DNA of 64,000 nt from Saccostrea cucullata (GCF_032062105.1 NW_026929710.1:62001-126000), one strand, 5' to 3'; shown: positions 45,070 through 60,300, counted from the stretch's first letter. The notes: generated from the sequence alone by a model not told the origin. A program made the numbers and translations.

Positions 45070-48000
45070 AAGAGAGAGAGGAGGGCGAGAAGGGATAGTA
45101 AGAAAAAAATTACAAAAACAGATTCTTCCAGGGTTTCCAGGCTTCGTCAAAAGTCAACTGATTATTGTTTTTATATGCAATATACTTGTTTATTTCATAC
45201 ATATATTTGATGGAGGATATCAGTCCATTCAAGGAGAGGTATTTACCACTACATCTCATTCTGTAGATAAAATATTTAATCTGAAGAGCAATGAGATATT
45301 TTATTTTGTCTAATTTTGCAAAAGATCCCAATATGAATTCTTTTTTCAAATATACAACATTAATATGAATCTTTCTAAAGCAATAACTATCAAAACTATT
45401 CAATAAGTCTTGTACTACTTCACATTCCCAGAAGATGTGTTCAATAGTTTCTGTCTCAGTTTCACAAAAAGAACACTTGTATGAATCTATTTTCTTAATT
45501 TTATGTAAAAAGGAATTTGTTGCTAATATTTTATGATTAATGCGGAACTGAAACCACTGAAGTTTTGTATCTTTTGTGAGCTTAAAAGGAAATGAAAAAA
45601 CTTTTTCCCATTCACTATCATTCAAGTTAAAAATTCTATTCCAGCTAGTCTGACCTAAAGGCTTGATATCATTGCTTTTCAAAATTTCATATAAATTTCT
45701 TGATTTCTTCGCATTTAATAAACGGAATGTTTTTTGTGTAATATATGGCATATAAACAGTTGGCATAGAAATAATATTTTTGATTTTCATCCATTCTCTA
45801 ATAGCAGCTATAAGTCCATTGTACTCAAGAAAGTTTGTATGGATTCCATATTTCAATTTAAACATATTTACATCCATAAAGGAACCGTCCTCTCTTAAGA
45901 GATCATTTACGAAAAATATATTATTTTCAAACCATTTCTTATAAAAAATTGGGTTTTTTTTTACCATTCAGAATATTTTTATTAAAAAATAGTGGTTCCA
46001 TGGAGGCACTTGCTTCTAGTTCTGGTAATTTAAAAAAAAAATAGCCAGGCTTCTAAAACTTTTTTCCAAAACATATTTTTTACATCTTTAATTTTCTTGA
46101 GAATGTATTCTTCTCCACAAAAAACTGTTTTTTTTAAATCTAAAGTTAGATATGAATATTTACCTTGCAGTATGACATTTTTCATCCATACAAGTTTCAG
46201 AGACATAATAAACTCTTTAATACTAATCATCTTGAAACCGCCATCTTTAAGATCTTTAATACAAACTCCTTTTTTTAGTCTAAAATCTTTAATTTTCTTG
46301 AGAATGTATTCTTCTCCACAAAAAACTGTTTTTTTTAAATCTAAAGTTAGATATGAATATTTACCTTGCAGTATGACATTTTTCAATACAAGTTTCAGAG
46401 ACATAATAAACTCTTTAATACTAATCATCTTGAAACCGCCATCTTTAAGATCTTTAATACAAACTCCTTTTTTTAGTCTAAAAGCATTACTCCCCATTAC
46501 AAAAGAATAAAAGGTGTTTTCTAAATCTTTTATATATAAATCAGTGGGATTTGGAAGGGAGGCAAAAATATGATTCAATGTTGGCAATAAAAGTGTTTTC
46601 AAAACTGTTAATCGTCCTAGTGGTGTGAGATTCCTATGTTTCCAATGTCTTATCATTTTCTTTATGTTTTCTAACTTTGAACTGAGATTCCTCGAAAGTA
46701 TCTTCTGCAAATCTATATCAAATTCAATACCAAGTAACCTAAAGTTTTTCTTTCCCCACTCAAGAGATTGATTTTTACATAAAACCTCATCACTACCTTT
46801 TTTGCTACCTATCCATATTACTTGTGTTTTATCGTAATTTATATGTAAGCCGGACATTTTTGCAAAATCTCTAAGGGTACCTAAACTTGATTGTAAAGAT
46901 TTCTCACTGCCATCTAATATAAGAGAAGTGTCATCAGCGAGCATCGAGATTTTCTTTTCCCCATCAATAAAATATATACCTTTGATGTCTTTGTTGTTTC
47001 TTATCTTAATAGCAAGGATTTCAGCACATATCAAGAATAAGTATGGGGATAGTGGGTCTCCCTGTCGACACCCTCGATGCAAAGAGAATGTTTCAGATAA
47101 ATTTCCTCCCTGATTTACTGCTGATGTAATGTTTGAATAAAATAAACTGACCCATTTCCTCATAGACTTTCCAAAATTAAAGAATTTAAGTGATTTTTGA
47201 ATAAAAGCCCAAGAGACAGAATCAAATGCTTTTTCAAAGTCAACAAGAAGAAGAAGACCTGGTATTTTTTCTTCTTCTGTGTATTGCATAATGTCATAGA
47301 TTAGTCTAATGTTTTCAGCTATATGCCTGCCCTGTATAAAGCCTGTTTGATCAGGATGTATAATTTTATCTAGAAACCTTCTAATTCTATTTGCTATTGA
47401 ACCAGATGCAATTTTATAAACTGTGTTTAAAAGAGAGATAGGTCTCCAATTTTTTAACAAGTGTTTAGGTTTGTCACCCTTCGGTAAGCAGGTAATGATT
47501 CCATGTCTCTGAGTTACACTTAAGATATCATGATCATATGCATAATTAATTGATCGGACAACAAAAATGCCTATAAATTTCCAAAAGACCTTAAAAAATT
47601 CTGAGGTAAAGCCATCTGAGCCAGGTGATTTATTTGATTTCATCCTAAAAAGTGTTTCCCCTGCCTCCTTCATTGTAATTTGACCTTCTAATGACCTTGA
47701 CTCTTCATTGGAAAGCTTTTCAATATCTGAAAAATTCATTTCCTCCTGAAGGTTAACATTTTCAATGACATCATCTACATTTCTATATAAATTTTCATAA
47801 TATTGTTTGGTTGTTTTTAAGATATCTGACTGATTATAAACTGTCTCTCCATTTTCTAATTTAATTTTTGGAATAATTTTACTTATGAAATTTCTTGACT
47901 CGAGATTACAGAAATATTTTGTCGGTTTCTCCCCTTCTTCTATCCATCTTGCCCTTGACCTTATATATACACCAGCCATTTTTTCTTTTCTAATATCTTC

Positions 48001-49592
48001 CAACTCTTTCTTTTTTTCTTCAAGAGTTTCATTATTGCTTGTAGACCCCTGTGCCAATTCCTCCAGGGAACTTATTTCTTTTATAAGTTTTTCTTCTTTA
48101 AAAATTCTGGATTTTTTTTTAAAAGACGAATATGAAATACATTTCCCTCTAATTTCCATAAGAAGTGTTTCTAAAAATAACTGGTCATTGACTAAAAATA
48201 CAATATTTTCATCTTCAATAGATTGCAAGTTATCTATATTGTATACTGGAACTGCATACTGCTCTTTAACCCTTTGTATCACCCCCTTAATTGAGTTTAA
48301 AAATTCTTCATCATATAAAAGAGAATTATTAAATTTCCATAATCCTTTGCCTTTCTTAAAATCATTGAACTTTAAACATAAAGTAATAATCGAGTGGTCG
48401 GACCTATAGCTAGGTTCTATAGAACTTGTTGTAACACTTGACAGTAAGTTCTCCGATACAAGAAAAAAATCTAATCTACTTTGCTTAATGGGACTTTTTT
48501 TTCTCCAAGTATATCTCAAAGCATCTGGATTATTTTGTCTATAAATATCAACTAAGTTGTTATCTTCCATAAGCTCTATAACCCTCTGTCTTGCATTAGG
48601 GTTATTTATATGTTTATAATTATAGTAGTCTAATTCAGGATTTAAAACAAGGTTAAAGTCACCACATAATATAACATTTTCACAATTAAAATCATTAATG
48701 TACTCATGTAATCTTTCATAAAAATCAGGGTTATCATTGTTTGGTCCATATATACAACATAAGAGAAACCTTTTTTCATCAGCAGTAAAATCTAAAAGAA
48801 GAAAATTACCATCCACGTCTCCTTTTTCCTTAGACATTTTAACCTCAAAATTATTATTGAATAGAATTGCTATACCTCTTGCATTTGATGAAAAAGAACT
48901 AAAGTAACAGTCAAAACCCCACATGCTTCTGATTTCATTTTCTATTTCAGTTGTAAAATGAGTGTCCTGAAGGCAGTAAATATTATAATTCATTCCTCTA
49001 AGATAATTAAAAACATCTCTTCGTTTGCTGATATCCCCCAATCCTTGACAATTAGCTGATAATATTTTCAAAGACATGATGGATAATTAAGAAATTTACC
49101 TCTGACGGAACCTGGAGCTTCTGTACGAATCTTGAATAAACACAGAATTGAGTTGTAAAGAGAAAGATAGAGTAGAAAGGAAAGAAGTAACAGAACAGGA
49201 AAAAGTTTGTAAAAAGCATTCAAACAGTTCAAAAATTGGCTAGCTCGAAAATTGTCAATGGGCCATATTCGCGTACAGGCAAAAAAGTCACAACCGGAAT
49301 TTAATATTTTAAAGTAATAGCAAAAACTTCGACGTCAATGGACCTCAAAGTTCCGGAATAATCACATGGATGGAAATTAAAATTCCGGGTTGTCTAAATA
49401 ACACTTTACACTATTTGATTTTTTCATCAAGATTGTCCAACAAGTCAAACTTCATTCGTTTATCGTTCACCAGTCCATAAACACTTCCATTAAAGTACCA
49501 CGCATTGTCTATTTTTGGGTGGTCTTTTAATCGGTTTATGAGGATCCCATTCAGTCTCGTCACATCGTCTGTCAGCCAGATCTTCCCATCTG
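44914..49592 (-). mobile_element. 5'-truncated L1/Tx1-clade LINE, antisense in an intron of the NLR-like gene
   Basis: Poly(A) tail at 44914-44939 and a 13-bp TSD TATTTTCCTATTC (44901-44913, 49593-49605). An ORF1 C-terminal remnant lies at 49411-49590, followed by ORF2 from 49077. The 3' UTR contains (TC)n. Confidence 0.95.
45110..49077 (-). pseudogene. LINE ORF2 (APE endonuclease - RT - C-terminal zinc knuckle), frameshifted near 45960-46040
   Basis: Endonuclease motifs NCQGL, LQDTH, GDFN, RLDFF and SDH. RT motifs WRPISLLN, DFEKAFDSV, QGDPLSP and LADD. CSFC..ETIEHIFWEC lies in the downstream frame. Confidence 0.92.
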
Positions 49593-52050
49593 TATTTTCC
49601 TATTCAGTTGAATGGAATGCCTACTTATATTTCAAAACATCTACGTATTACACCTTTAATGGGCTAATATGTTTTTGATCAACAAATATTAATTGATTCG
49701 AAAATACATATTTATACTAAAAGATGGATTCTTTCATTCGTTAATATATATTGTTTGTCCAGAATACTTATATTCCCCAAAGTTTTCACTTCTATAAAAA
49801 ATAAAAAAAGAGGGAGCTGGGTTGAAATTATTTTTTTTTCAATTTTATGTCGACGAGTGACAACTCCATGTTCAAACATTTATCAATATACAATATCTTA
49901 AACTTTGTGTTTGCAGAAAAGAAGAAGTCACATCAGTTTGATTTCAAATTAAAAATATCTATGTGAAGAAGAATCAAAATTTTACCACGATATTTATATA
50001 TTCAACGTGAAAGTATCCATTTTAATATTTAATTTTTTCACAGTGAATTATCAAATATACACGAAAAAGAATGAATATATAGCAACCACAAGTCAAATTT
50101 TAAATTTAGTATATACCACTTGTGTTATATATCAAATCAAAGCTTATAAAAAATTGTTTAAGAAAAATATAATTTTGAAATTTTCTGGTCAAGCATTGTT
50201 ACTAAAAATAGATTGCGAAATGTAAAGGTATTGTTCTAGTGTGTGACCACTTTTCTGAAGAAAATACCTAGTAGCATTGAGGTCAAAACTTAAGGTAATG
50301 TATTCAAAATATAATCTCTCTCTTCTTATTTCCTTTGCCCAGAATCCGAGTTATTAAAGTTCAATTGCATCAAACACCTAGATTGACTTGAATCATTAGA
50401 TAGTGAGAGTCGTCTTCCAGTATAATTAATTGGGTTACATGGGACACGCAACGTTACGTTGACGTTATGCTTATAAAAAGACGTCAACAAATCCAATCAA
50501 TAAAAATGATCACAAATTAATTTAAAACAAGATTTGTTTGTAAAACACTATACACCCGGCAACGACAAAATAAAAAAAAACTTTTTGGCACATATGTCAC
50601 AGTCAAGGTCACAAGGCAATTGACCTTGGTGTCATTTGAGAGAACATGATTAGTAAAATATGGATACCAAAAATGAAGTATCTGTTTCTTGCGCTTCAAA
50701 AGTTATTGCAAAGGTTAACTAAAAACGAAAAAAACTATTTTTAACATACAGGTCACAGTCAAGGTCACTGGGTTTTTGTCTTTAATTACTAGACTGTATT
50801 TATCCTTTTGTAAAATTAATCTTTGTGTTGGGCACAATGCTTGCAATTACAAAATTCCGTGGCGGATCAAAGGGGGTCGTATCCGCCCCCTAAAATTGTC
50901 AAAGTTAGCGTAAATCATAGTTTCGTCGAGAAAATATAAAAATGTCTACTCGGTTAACCTCAATTTTTCCTACAAAATCTCTAGAATTCAGCTTAAACCA
51001 GATTACCCCTGCCGATTATGGGCGCCCCCTCTAACTTTAATTCCTGGATCCGCGCATGGGATTTATAGAGAGTTGGAGTGATAAATACTTATCATATAAG
51101 GAATCTAAAAATCATGAATTTTTTATATAAATTATCAAAAACAAAAAATTTGTATTTTAAATTCTTCATACGAATACATTTAATATGATGCGGAGAATTG
51201 GTAATGAACTGGTATTAACTGGGAGCGTGATGTAAATCTTAAATTATTCCGATATGTAAGTGGAGACTAATAATCTGAATAACTAAAAAAAACTAGAAGA
51301 ATATAAGTCATAGATATGACCGCAGCATATGATAAATTCTGAAGAAAAGGAGGGGGAATTTAATTTAAAATTCCTTTGAACATTTAGTTAAACATGTAGA
51401 TCATTCCTAATGTGTGTTAAAGGTTGTCCGAATTTTTTGTGAATTATTAAAGCTCTCTCTCTCTCTCTCTCTGATGTAAAACATTTGATTTGCCCCGCTT
51501 TTGAGAAAGCGATCGAGGTTTCTTCAAATCTTATTCGTCTGTCTGTTTGTCAGTCAGACTGTAAATCTGTTTGTATGTAACAAAAATTCAACCTTGGTCA
51601 TCTCTTTAGAATTGGAACAGAGAAGAGATAGAATTGTATATTATTCATGTGTTTAAACTGTGACAAGACCTTTCTAAATACACTACAAGAAACCTATATA
51701 TTGTCGCAAGCGTCAAAAATCGGCCGCAAACCCAATTAATTGTTCCTTTGATATAGTAATAAGAAACTGAAATTTGCATGATCTGTTTTTAAAATTCCTT
51801 ACATTTATCTATTAAAATATCCTCCTGACATAAAACACGTGCATGCGACATTGCCGATTTTCCTTGAACCTTGACGTTTGACATACTTTTCAAAAATGCA
51901 ATTTTCCCCTTATAACTTCTGATTGAGATTTATATAATGCTTTCATATTTAACATGTTCATTGATGTGATTTCTGACCCCCTTGATCTGGACCTGTATGT
52001 TTGACCTAATTTTCAAAAAATCAACTTAAGTTATAACATTTGGATGACAT

Positions 52051-52497
52051 ATTATAGGGCGTTCATATTTGGAACAATATGCCATAAATAATGTAATATT
52101 ACCCACATAGAGACAAACAGCCGGTAAAACAAATTAAAGATTTTGTCTATACACGTACATGTATAGTACATCGGTACATGCAGCACTTTCATCCCCATGT
52201 ATGTTCATTAAATTAGATGTCAATGTCTAAGACATTTGATATACACTTTAAATTTTTTTTCATCACGTAAATATTATAGGGCGTTCATATTTGGAACAAT
52301 ATGCCATAAATAATGTAATATTACCCACATAGAGACAAACAGCCGGTAAAACAAATTAAAGATTTTGTCTTTACACGTACATGTTTTATAGTACATCGGT
52401 ACATGCAGCACTTTCATCCCCATGTATGTTCATTAAATTAGATGTCAATGTCTAAGACATTTGATATACACTTTAAATTATTTTTCATCACGTAAAT
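52051..52497. repeat. Tandem duplication of about 222 bp
   Basis: ATTATAGGGCGTTCATATTTGG...CATCACGTAAAT occurs at 52051 and 52273, nearly identical. Confidence 0.9.
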
Positions 52498-55400
52498 GAA
52501 ATTTTTCATGAGTGAATTCTTCAATACTGTTTTAATAACCAAAAAGTACAATCTGAAAAGAGTCAGAAATGAAAATTTTAAAATATCAGAAATGAAAACT
52601 AAAACATGTCGGCCATGAAAAGTTGAAATATCGAAAAATTTCCAATCGGCAATCCTCGGCTGACTCCGCTAGGTTCCATTCAAACCTCCGAGGTGCGATA
52701 TATGAGCCGCCCGAGATGCTCCAAGTGAAAAATACCAGAAATGAAATGCAGCTGGGGGACCACAATTTTAATTTCTTTTTTTAAATTTTAGACCTCTTTG
52801 ATGCATCAGTAATATTATTTTGCCTATTTGATTATTACAATTCATCCATCTACCTATCCATATGTTCATATTCTACATAGGCATCGAAACCGGGGGGTGG
52901 GGGTGGTAAGGGGGGGGGTATAGGGGTCTCAACTTCCCCCCCCTTTTTTTCAAAGATAGATATTTTTTAGGCATTGAAAATTGTGGTTTACCTTTTTTGT
53001 TGGTTTAGCCGCCCCCCCCCCCCCCCACCTTCAATCAGCCACCCCACTTTCAATTTGCGACGTTTATGCCCTAACATGCATGTAATTTATTGTTAGTGTT
53101 GTAATCAAAAATACTTAGAAATTTTAGAAATAGTATTTACCAGTCAAATATAATCTAAGTAAAATAATAAAATCTACACAACGTATTAGATTAAATGCAT
53201 ATGATCTATATCCATGGAAAACGAATCTAGAATATTTGTAGGCCTTATTGTCTCTTGAAAAAAATGAGCACCTGGCAAATACTATTTTTACATTTGTGTT
53301 GTATATAAAAATAATAAAAAACATATATATTAAGTTTCAATAAAATGCCAATGTAAGGATATAAACTGTATATCAATGGGAAAAAAAATCATATGAGACA
53401 AGCTGAATGAACATTATAAAAGAAGATATCCCACGTACCAAAAGTACAAAATTTTCTGTGACATGAATTTTGTAAACACGTTCTTCTGGAATTTAGCATA
53501 TCATACAATAAACTTATTTATTCATGAACTCAATTGAATTTATTTACATTTCTTTTAATAAAAAAAATCAGAAGGCTATTGTATTTTTTTCTTTACACTA
53601 GATACTTATTTTCTTACATATTTATTTTTATTTCTTACTCATGATTTTAATTTTTTATTGCTTCAAAATTATAACGTCAATTTTACTTTATAGAAGTTTT
53701 CTTTTTCAGTCCTAATCATCGTTCCTTGTTTTATATTTTTGACATGTTTAATTAGTATTTTTCTTAGATAAAAAATTATTATATTTAAAATTACCCCTTC
53801 GGGTACCCCATTAAAAAGACATCGAGAGTTATCCCCCTCTGAATATTTCTATAGTTACAGTAAACAAACTACATTACAAAACAATTTCCAGGAATCGTGG
53901 AGGGCGTGAAAATGACGTCAAATATCATTCGCGCTGGCTATATGTTGTGTTGTTATTTGAAAGATCGCTTCTTAGCGCCGATGCAAGGAAAATAAATCTA
54001 CACAGTTTCTTAAAGAGGAGAATATTCTCTTTCGATCTATTATTGTAACACATATGCAACCGGTTCGTCAAACGAGTGAAAAAACTCTCCGAAAAATGCT
54101 TACATTTGACTTTCCATAATCATAGCAATATACATATCTGGCTAGTCGTGTTTGGTATCATTATATTCAGAATAATCAACTGTATCTACCATTGTACAAA
54201 GAAATCCGAATATATCCTCTGTTGTCCTATAAACAGCGAAATAAAAGAATGCGGTTTTTATGACGCGCTAAAATCGTGACGTTTTATTTCAGAACATGCT
54301 TGAACATTTTATAGGAATTAAAACAAAAAACAGCGATAAAAAATTATAAAATTATAATTTTTAGATTGTTTAACAATTTATCTTTACAGTTCAATTAATT
54401 TTTTTGAAGTTAGAGACACGAAAGTATGTTAAATACGCTTTTTAAAACTGGTAGTTTTGTATACTGTCACATAGCGCAACGTAAAATGACTTGTGGTTGC
54501 TAGAATATATTTAAACATATTAAACCTTCTGAAAATGTGTAAATATTTCTTTTTCGTAACTTTTATTTAGAACGTCAAACTGAGGAGATAAAAGTGTGGG
54601 AGGAAGATGATGAAGTGTTCTGTGAGACTCGTGCCTTTAATGAGTTTGAAGAGATGATGAATATTCATAATATAGTCACCATTATAGGAGGACCAGGTAC
54701 AGGAAAAACAGCAAAGGCACGCCATCTAGCGATCAAATACAAAAGCGAGGGATGGGAGATCATCCCGGTCATTTGTTTAGAGGATATCAAAAACTTTGGA
54801 CATTTCAGTGTTAAACAGCTTTTTTTGTATGATGATCCAGCTGGTGTGTTTGGGTTTGATAGGTCAAGATACAATTCCTTAGTAGATTTTACAAAAATCA
54901 TTAAGTCCTTATCAGAAAAATAAGCAAAATTCATTTTCACTTGCAGAAAAGCAGTGTTTAATGAAGGTAGAAAATTAGACCTGTATATTTTTCAAAATAC
55001 GATTGATATCGAGAGCAAAGGAATGTCCCTTACAACAAATGATATGAAGAAAATGCTCACAATTCATTGTGAGAAAAGCAGAGTTGAAAAGTCTGTTTAT
55101 CAATGCTTGTCATTTAAATCAGGATTTTTGATGTTTCCTTTGCTTTGCAAACTGTTTTCGAAAGAAGTCCAATATCAAAAAGATGGAGGACGATTTTTTG
55201 AAATGCCTAAGCAGTGTTTGGTTGCAGAGTTTGAGAAAATGAAGCTTCTAAATAAGACTCACTACGCTTCGTTAGCTCTTTGTGTGTTATCTCAGAACAA
55301 GCTTAACATACATGATTGGAAAGATACTGAAACATTAAATCTTATGGTCAAACAATTTAGGATAGAGGGATCCTTGTCTGAATTGCAAGTATGCGATGCT

Positions 55401-57399
55401 TTAAACGAAATGAATGGGACATATGTCATCAAAATTGATGAAATGTACTCTTTTGTTCATGACGCCATATTTGAAGTAATGGCATATATGTACGGGAGAG
55501 AATTTCCCGAAATGGTCATATCTAAGATGAATAGTGGATATATTTCTAGATGTGTGAGGCTGAAACCCGATGCACAATCAAATCTTAATTCATTTGTTAT
55601 CATTCCAGAACAAAAATACCCTGTTCTTGCTAAAAGACTTTATGATGACATCAAGGATAAGCAATTTTATGATGTCTTCCAAAATAAATGTTTGAAAGAG
55701 CAATCTTTTTTACATGTCTTCATCAAATATCTGAATACAAAGTCAAACGACGATTTATATGAAAATTTTCTAAATAATATTGATTATGTCCCTCATCTCA
55801 TCGCCACAGAATTTATTGATAAAATTGAGGAAGGACGAAAATACATTTTTGAAAGACTAATTGTCGGTGAAACATATGCACAGGTGATGACGGATTCCTT
55901 TATGGCTGAAGATGAAGAAATGCCTGAAAATATAACAACATTTAAAACGAAATATCAGATCCGGGCCCTTAACTGGGTAGTTGCTTACGGTCACGATGTT
56001 CTTTTTGAATTTCTTATGGATAGGATCTCTCTTAATGAGATAGCTAGGAAGGAAATGTCTTTGTTTTCCTCATATGAACAATCTCATCTTCTTGTTTTGA
56101 GTACTTTTAGTGCAGATTCACAAATTACAAAAAAACTAATTGGATACTTAGATTCCAACTGTATTGACCAAAGTCCTAGTGGTAAATTTGACCCTTTAAA
56201 TATCCACATGTGTTATACACCTCTTACCGCCGCATGCGTAGGAGACAATTCTGAAACAATAGATGTCTTGCTTGATGCTGGGGCAGATATCAATAAACGT
56301 GATGACATGCCTGAGGGAGATACGCCGCTTACTTATGTTGCTAAACATGGAAATATAAAGATTGTTGAACATTTGATCATGAGGAATGCTAATATCGACA
56401 AGGTTAATGGTTGCAATAAATCACCCTTATATTGCGCGTCTTATTTTGGTCATGTCAGCACAGTTCGATACCTGGTTGCAAACAAGGCTAACGTTAATAT
56501 ATGTGATGCTTACAATCAGTCTCCCTTATTTGTTGCTGCCGAAAAGGGTTTCATCGAAATAGTAGACATCCTAGTGCAAAATGGAGCAGATGTTACTATT
56601 TGCGAAAATAATGAAAATAAAACAGCATTATATCAGTCTATCAGTAAAAATCACTTAGACATTTCAATGTTGCTTCTAAAATCGAGTGTTTATGACACAT
56701 TACTGAATTCAAATACCATTGATTTGATATTAAGAGAAGGAGTAGATCTCAACGTTCTTGACAATGAGGGTAGAACAATGCTACAATGGGCTATAAAGAA
56801 AAAAGATATTGTAATTTGTAAGAACTTAATTGAACATGGAGCCAAAGTGGAAAGTCTCTTGGAAAATGAAATACATTCCCTTTGGTCACACGTCTTAATG
56901 TCTCACAATTTTGATGACTTGAAGTTTGTCGTGAAAAAGTTTGGTCAGCCCATGCGCTCTGATATTCCTTGGAAAGAATTTCATTTATCGAAAGCTTCAG
57001 CTGAAAATAATTTTGAAGTAGTTAGCGTTCTGCTAAACCTTAATTTCAGTTCTCCTTACGAAGGTCAGATATTGCAGGAACTCTTTACAATTGCAATACA
57101 CAGAGGAAACATAGAATTTGTGAAAAAAGCTTTGGCAAGCCAGGTAGAAATTGTTAACAAATGCGAACCATCACTTTCCTTATTTGGTCCAAAGAATACA
57201 ACACCATTGAATATAGCCATACAACATGGACACACTGATATTGTTAAATATTTGGTGGAAAATGGATCATATGTAAATATGCCCGATCAAACAAACAAAC
57301 CATCATTTTACAGAACATTTGAGTGTAGAGAAAATGAAACTGTTGAAAAAATGGCGCAAAATAAAGTCAACATTAGTTTTCCTAAGGGATTTGAGGACG

Positions 57400-60300
57400 A
57401 AATGCCTTTACATTTTGCAATAAAAAACGGACACACAGAAATTGTCAAATATTTAGTTGAAAGAGGATCAGAGACAAACGCTCTTGATTTCAGAAGAAAC
57501 ACTCCACTTTTTTACGCATTAGAAAACGATAAAATCGAAATTGTTGAATTTCTTGTTGGACATGGGGCTGAAGTAAATGTTCCTGATTTTTTGAATGAGA
57601 CGCCGTTATGTAAGGCATCAGAAAATGGACAAACTAAAATTGTTGAATTTCTTGTCGGACATGGGGCAGGGGTTAATTTTTTTAATTTTTGGAAAGAGAC
57701 CCCCTTAAGTAAGGCATCAGAAAACGGGCACACTGAAATTGTTGAATTTCTTGTCGGAAACGGGGGAGAGGTAAATGCTTCTGATTTTAGGAAAGAGACG
57801 CCCATATGTAAGGCATCAAAAAACGGGCACACCAACATTTTTAGATATCTAGTCGAACATGGAGCAAATGTGAATATTGATATTTCTGAAGGGAGATCCC
57901 TTTTATCTATGGCATCTAAAAACGGGCACACCGAAATTGTTGAATATCTAGTCGGAAATGGAGCAGAGATAAATGTTTTTGACTCTAGAAAAGAGACGCC
58001 CTTATACAAGGCATCAGAAAACGGGCACACCAAAATTGTTGAATTTCTTGTCGGACATGGGGCTGAGGTTAATGTTTCTGATATTTGGAAAATTACGCCC
58101 TTAATTAAAGCATCAGAAAACGGGCACACTGAAATTGTTGAATATCTTGTTGGACATGGGGCAGAGGTTAATGTTTCTGATTTTTGGAAAAGGTCGCCTT
58201 TATTTACGGCATTGGAAAACGGGCACATCAAAATTGTTGAACATCTAGTCGAACATGGGGCAAGGTTAATGGTTCTGATAATTCTGGACAAGGACGCCCT
58301 TATGCATGGCATCAGAAAACGGACACATCAATATTGTTGAATATTTAGTCGAACATGGGGCAGAAGTTAATGTTTCTTCCTCTGGGGAAGGGACACCCTT
58401 ATACAAGGCATCCAAAAACGGGCACAGTGAAATTGTTGAATTTCTTGTCGGACATGGGGCTGCGGTTAATGTTTCTGATTCTTGTAATGAGACGCCCTTA
58501 TGCAAGGCATCAGAAAACGGGCACACCAAAATTGTTGAGTATCTAGTAGAACATGGGGCACAGGTTAATATTTCTGGTTTTGGGAAAGGGATGTCCTTAT
58601 GCATGGCATCAGAAAACGGTCACAACAAAATTGTTGAATATCTAGTCGAACATGGGGCAGAGGTTAATGTTTATTATTCTTTGAAAGGGGCACCCTTATA
58701 CAATGCATCAAAAATAGACACACCAAAATTGTTGAATTTCTTGTCGGACATGGGGCTGAGGTTAATGTTTCTGATTCTTGGAATGAGACGCCCTTATGCA
58801 AGGCATCAGAAAACGGGCACATTAAAATTGTTGAATATCTCGTCGGACATGGGGCTGAGGTTAATGTTGGAAATGGACGCCCTTATTCATGGCATCAGAA
58901 AACGGTCACACTAAAATTGTTGAATATCTTTTCGAACATGGGGCAGAGGTTAATAGTTCTGGTTCTAGGGAAGGGATGCCCTTATTCATGGCATCAAAAA
59001 ACGGACACACCAAAATTGTTGAGTATCTAGTCGAACATGGGGCAGAGGTTAATGGTTCTGATTCTAGGGAAGGGACGCCCTTATGCATGGCATCAAAAAA
59101 CGGACACACCAAAATTGTTGAATATCTTGTCGAACATGGGGCAGAGGTTAATGTTTCTGATTCTGAGGACGGGACGCCCTTATGCATGGCATCAGAAGAT
59201 GGACACACCGAAATTGTTGAATGTCTAGTTGAACATGGGGCAGAGGTTAATGTTTCTGATTCTTGGAATGAGACGCCCTTATACAAGGCATCCAAAAACG
59301 GTCACAACATCTTAGAAATTGTTGAATGGTTCTTCTCGGACATCATGGCATCAGAAAAGGTTAATAATTGTTGATATCTTTGAAATGGGGCAGAGGTTAA
59401 TGGTTCCTTATACAATGGCATCAAAAAACGGTCACAACAAAATTGTTGAATATCTTGTCGAACATGGGGCAGAGGTTAATGTTTATGATTATTTGAAAAG
59501 AACGCCCTTATTCATGGCATCAAAAAACAGTCACAAGAAAATTGTTGAATATCTTGTCGAACATGGGGCAGAGGTTAATGTTTATGATTATTTGGAAAGT
59601 ACGCCCTTATTAATGGCATCAAAAAACAGTCACAACAAAATTGTTGAATATCTTGTCGAACATGGGGCAGAGGTTAATGGTTCTGGTTCTTGGGAAGGGA
59701 TGCCCTTATGCATGGCATCAGAAAACGGACACACCAAAATTGTTGAGTATCTAGTCGAACATGGGGCAGAGGTTAATGGTTCTGGTTCTTTGAAAAGAAC
59801 GCCCTTATGCAAGGCATCAGAAAACGGTCACAACAAAATTGTTGAATATCTTGTCGAACATGGGGCAGAGGTTAATGGTTCTGGTTCTAGGGAAAGGATA
59901 CCCTTATGCATGGCATCAGAAAACGGACACATCAAAATTGTTGAGTATCTAGTAGAACATGGGGCAGAGGTTAATGGTTCTGATTCTTTGAAAAGAACGC
60001 CCTTATGCATGGCATCAAAAAACGGTCACAACAAAATTGTTGAATATCTAGTCGAACATGGGGCAGAGGTCAATGTTTCTGATTCTTGGAAATGGACGCC
60101 CTTATGCATGGCATCAGAAAACGGTCACGCCAAAATTGTTGAGTATCTAGTAGAACATGGGGCAGAGGTTAATGTTTCTGATTCTGAGGATGGGACGCCC
60201 TTATGCATGGCATCAAAAAACGGTCACATCAAAATTGTTGAGTATCTAGTAGAACATGGGGCAGAGGTTAATGGTTCTGATTCTTTGAAAAGAACGCCCT

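Noticed and set aside
54921-54926. Programmed stop readthrough or selenocysteine
   Set aside because: The codon is TAA followed by G, a strong terminator, not TGA or a leaky context.
57308-60010. Minus-strand ORFs with repeated TSAPCSTRYST
   Set aside because: Antisense shadows of the ankyrin units.
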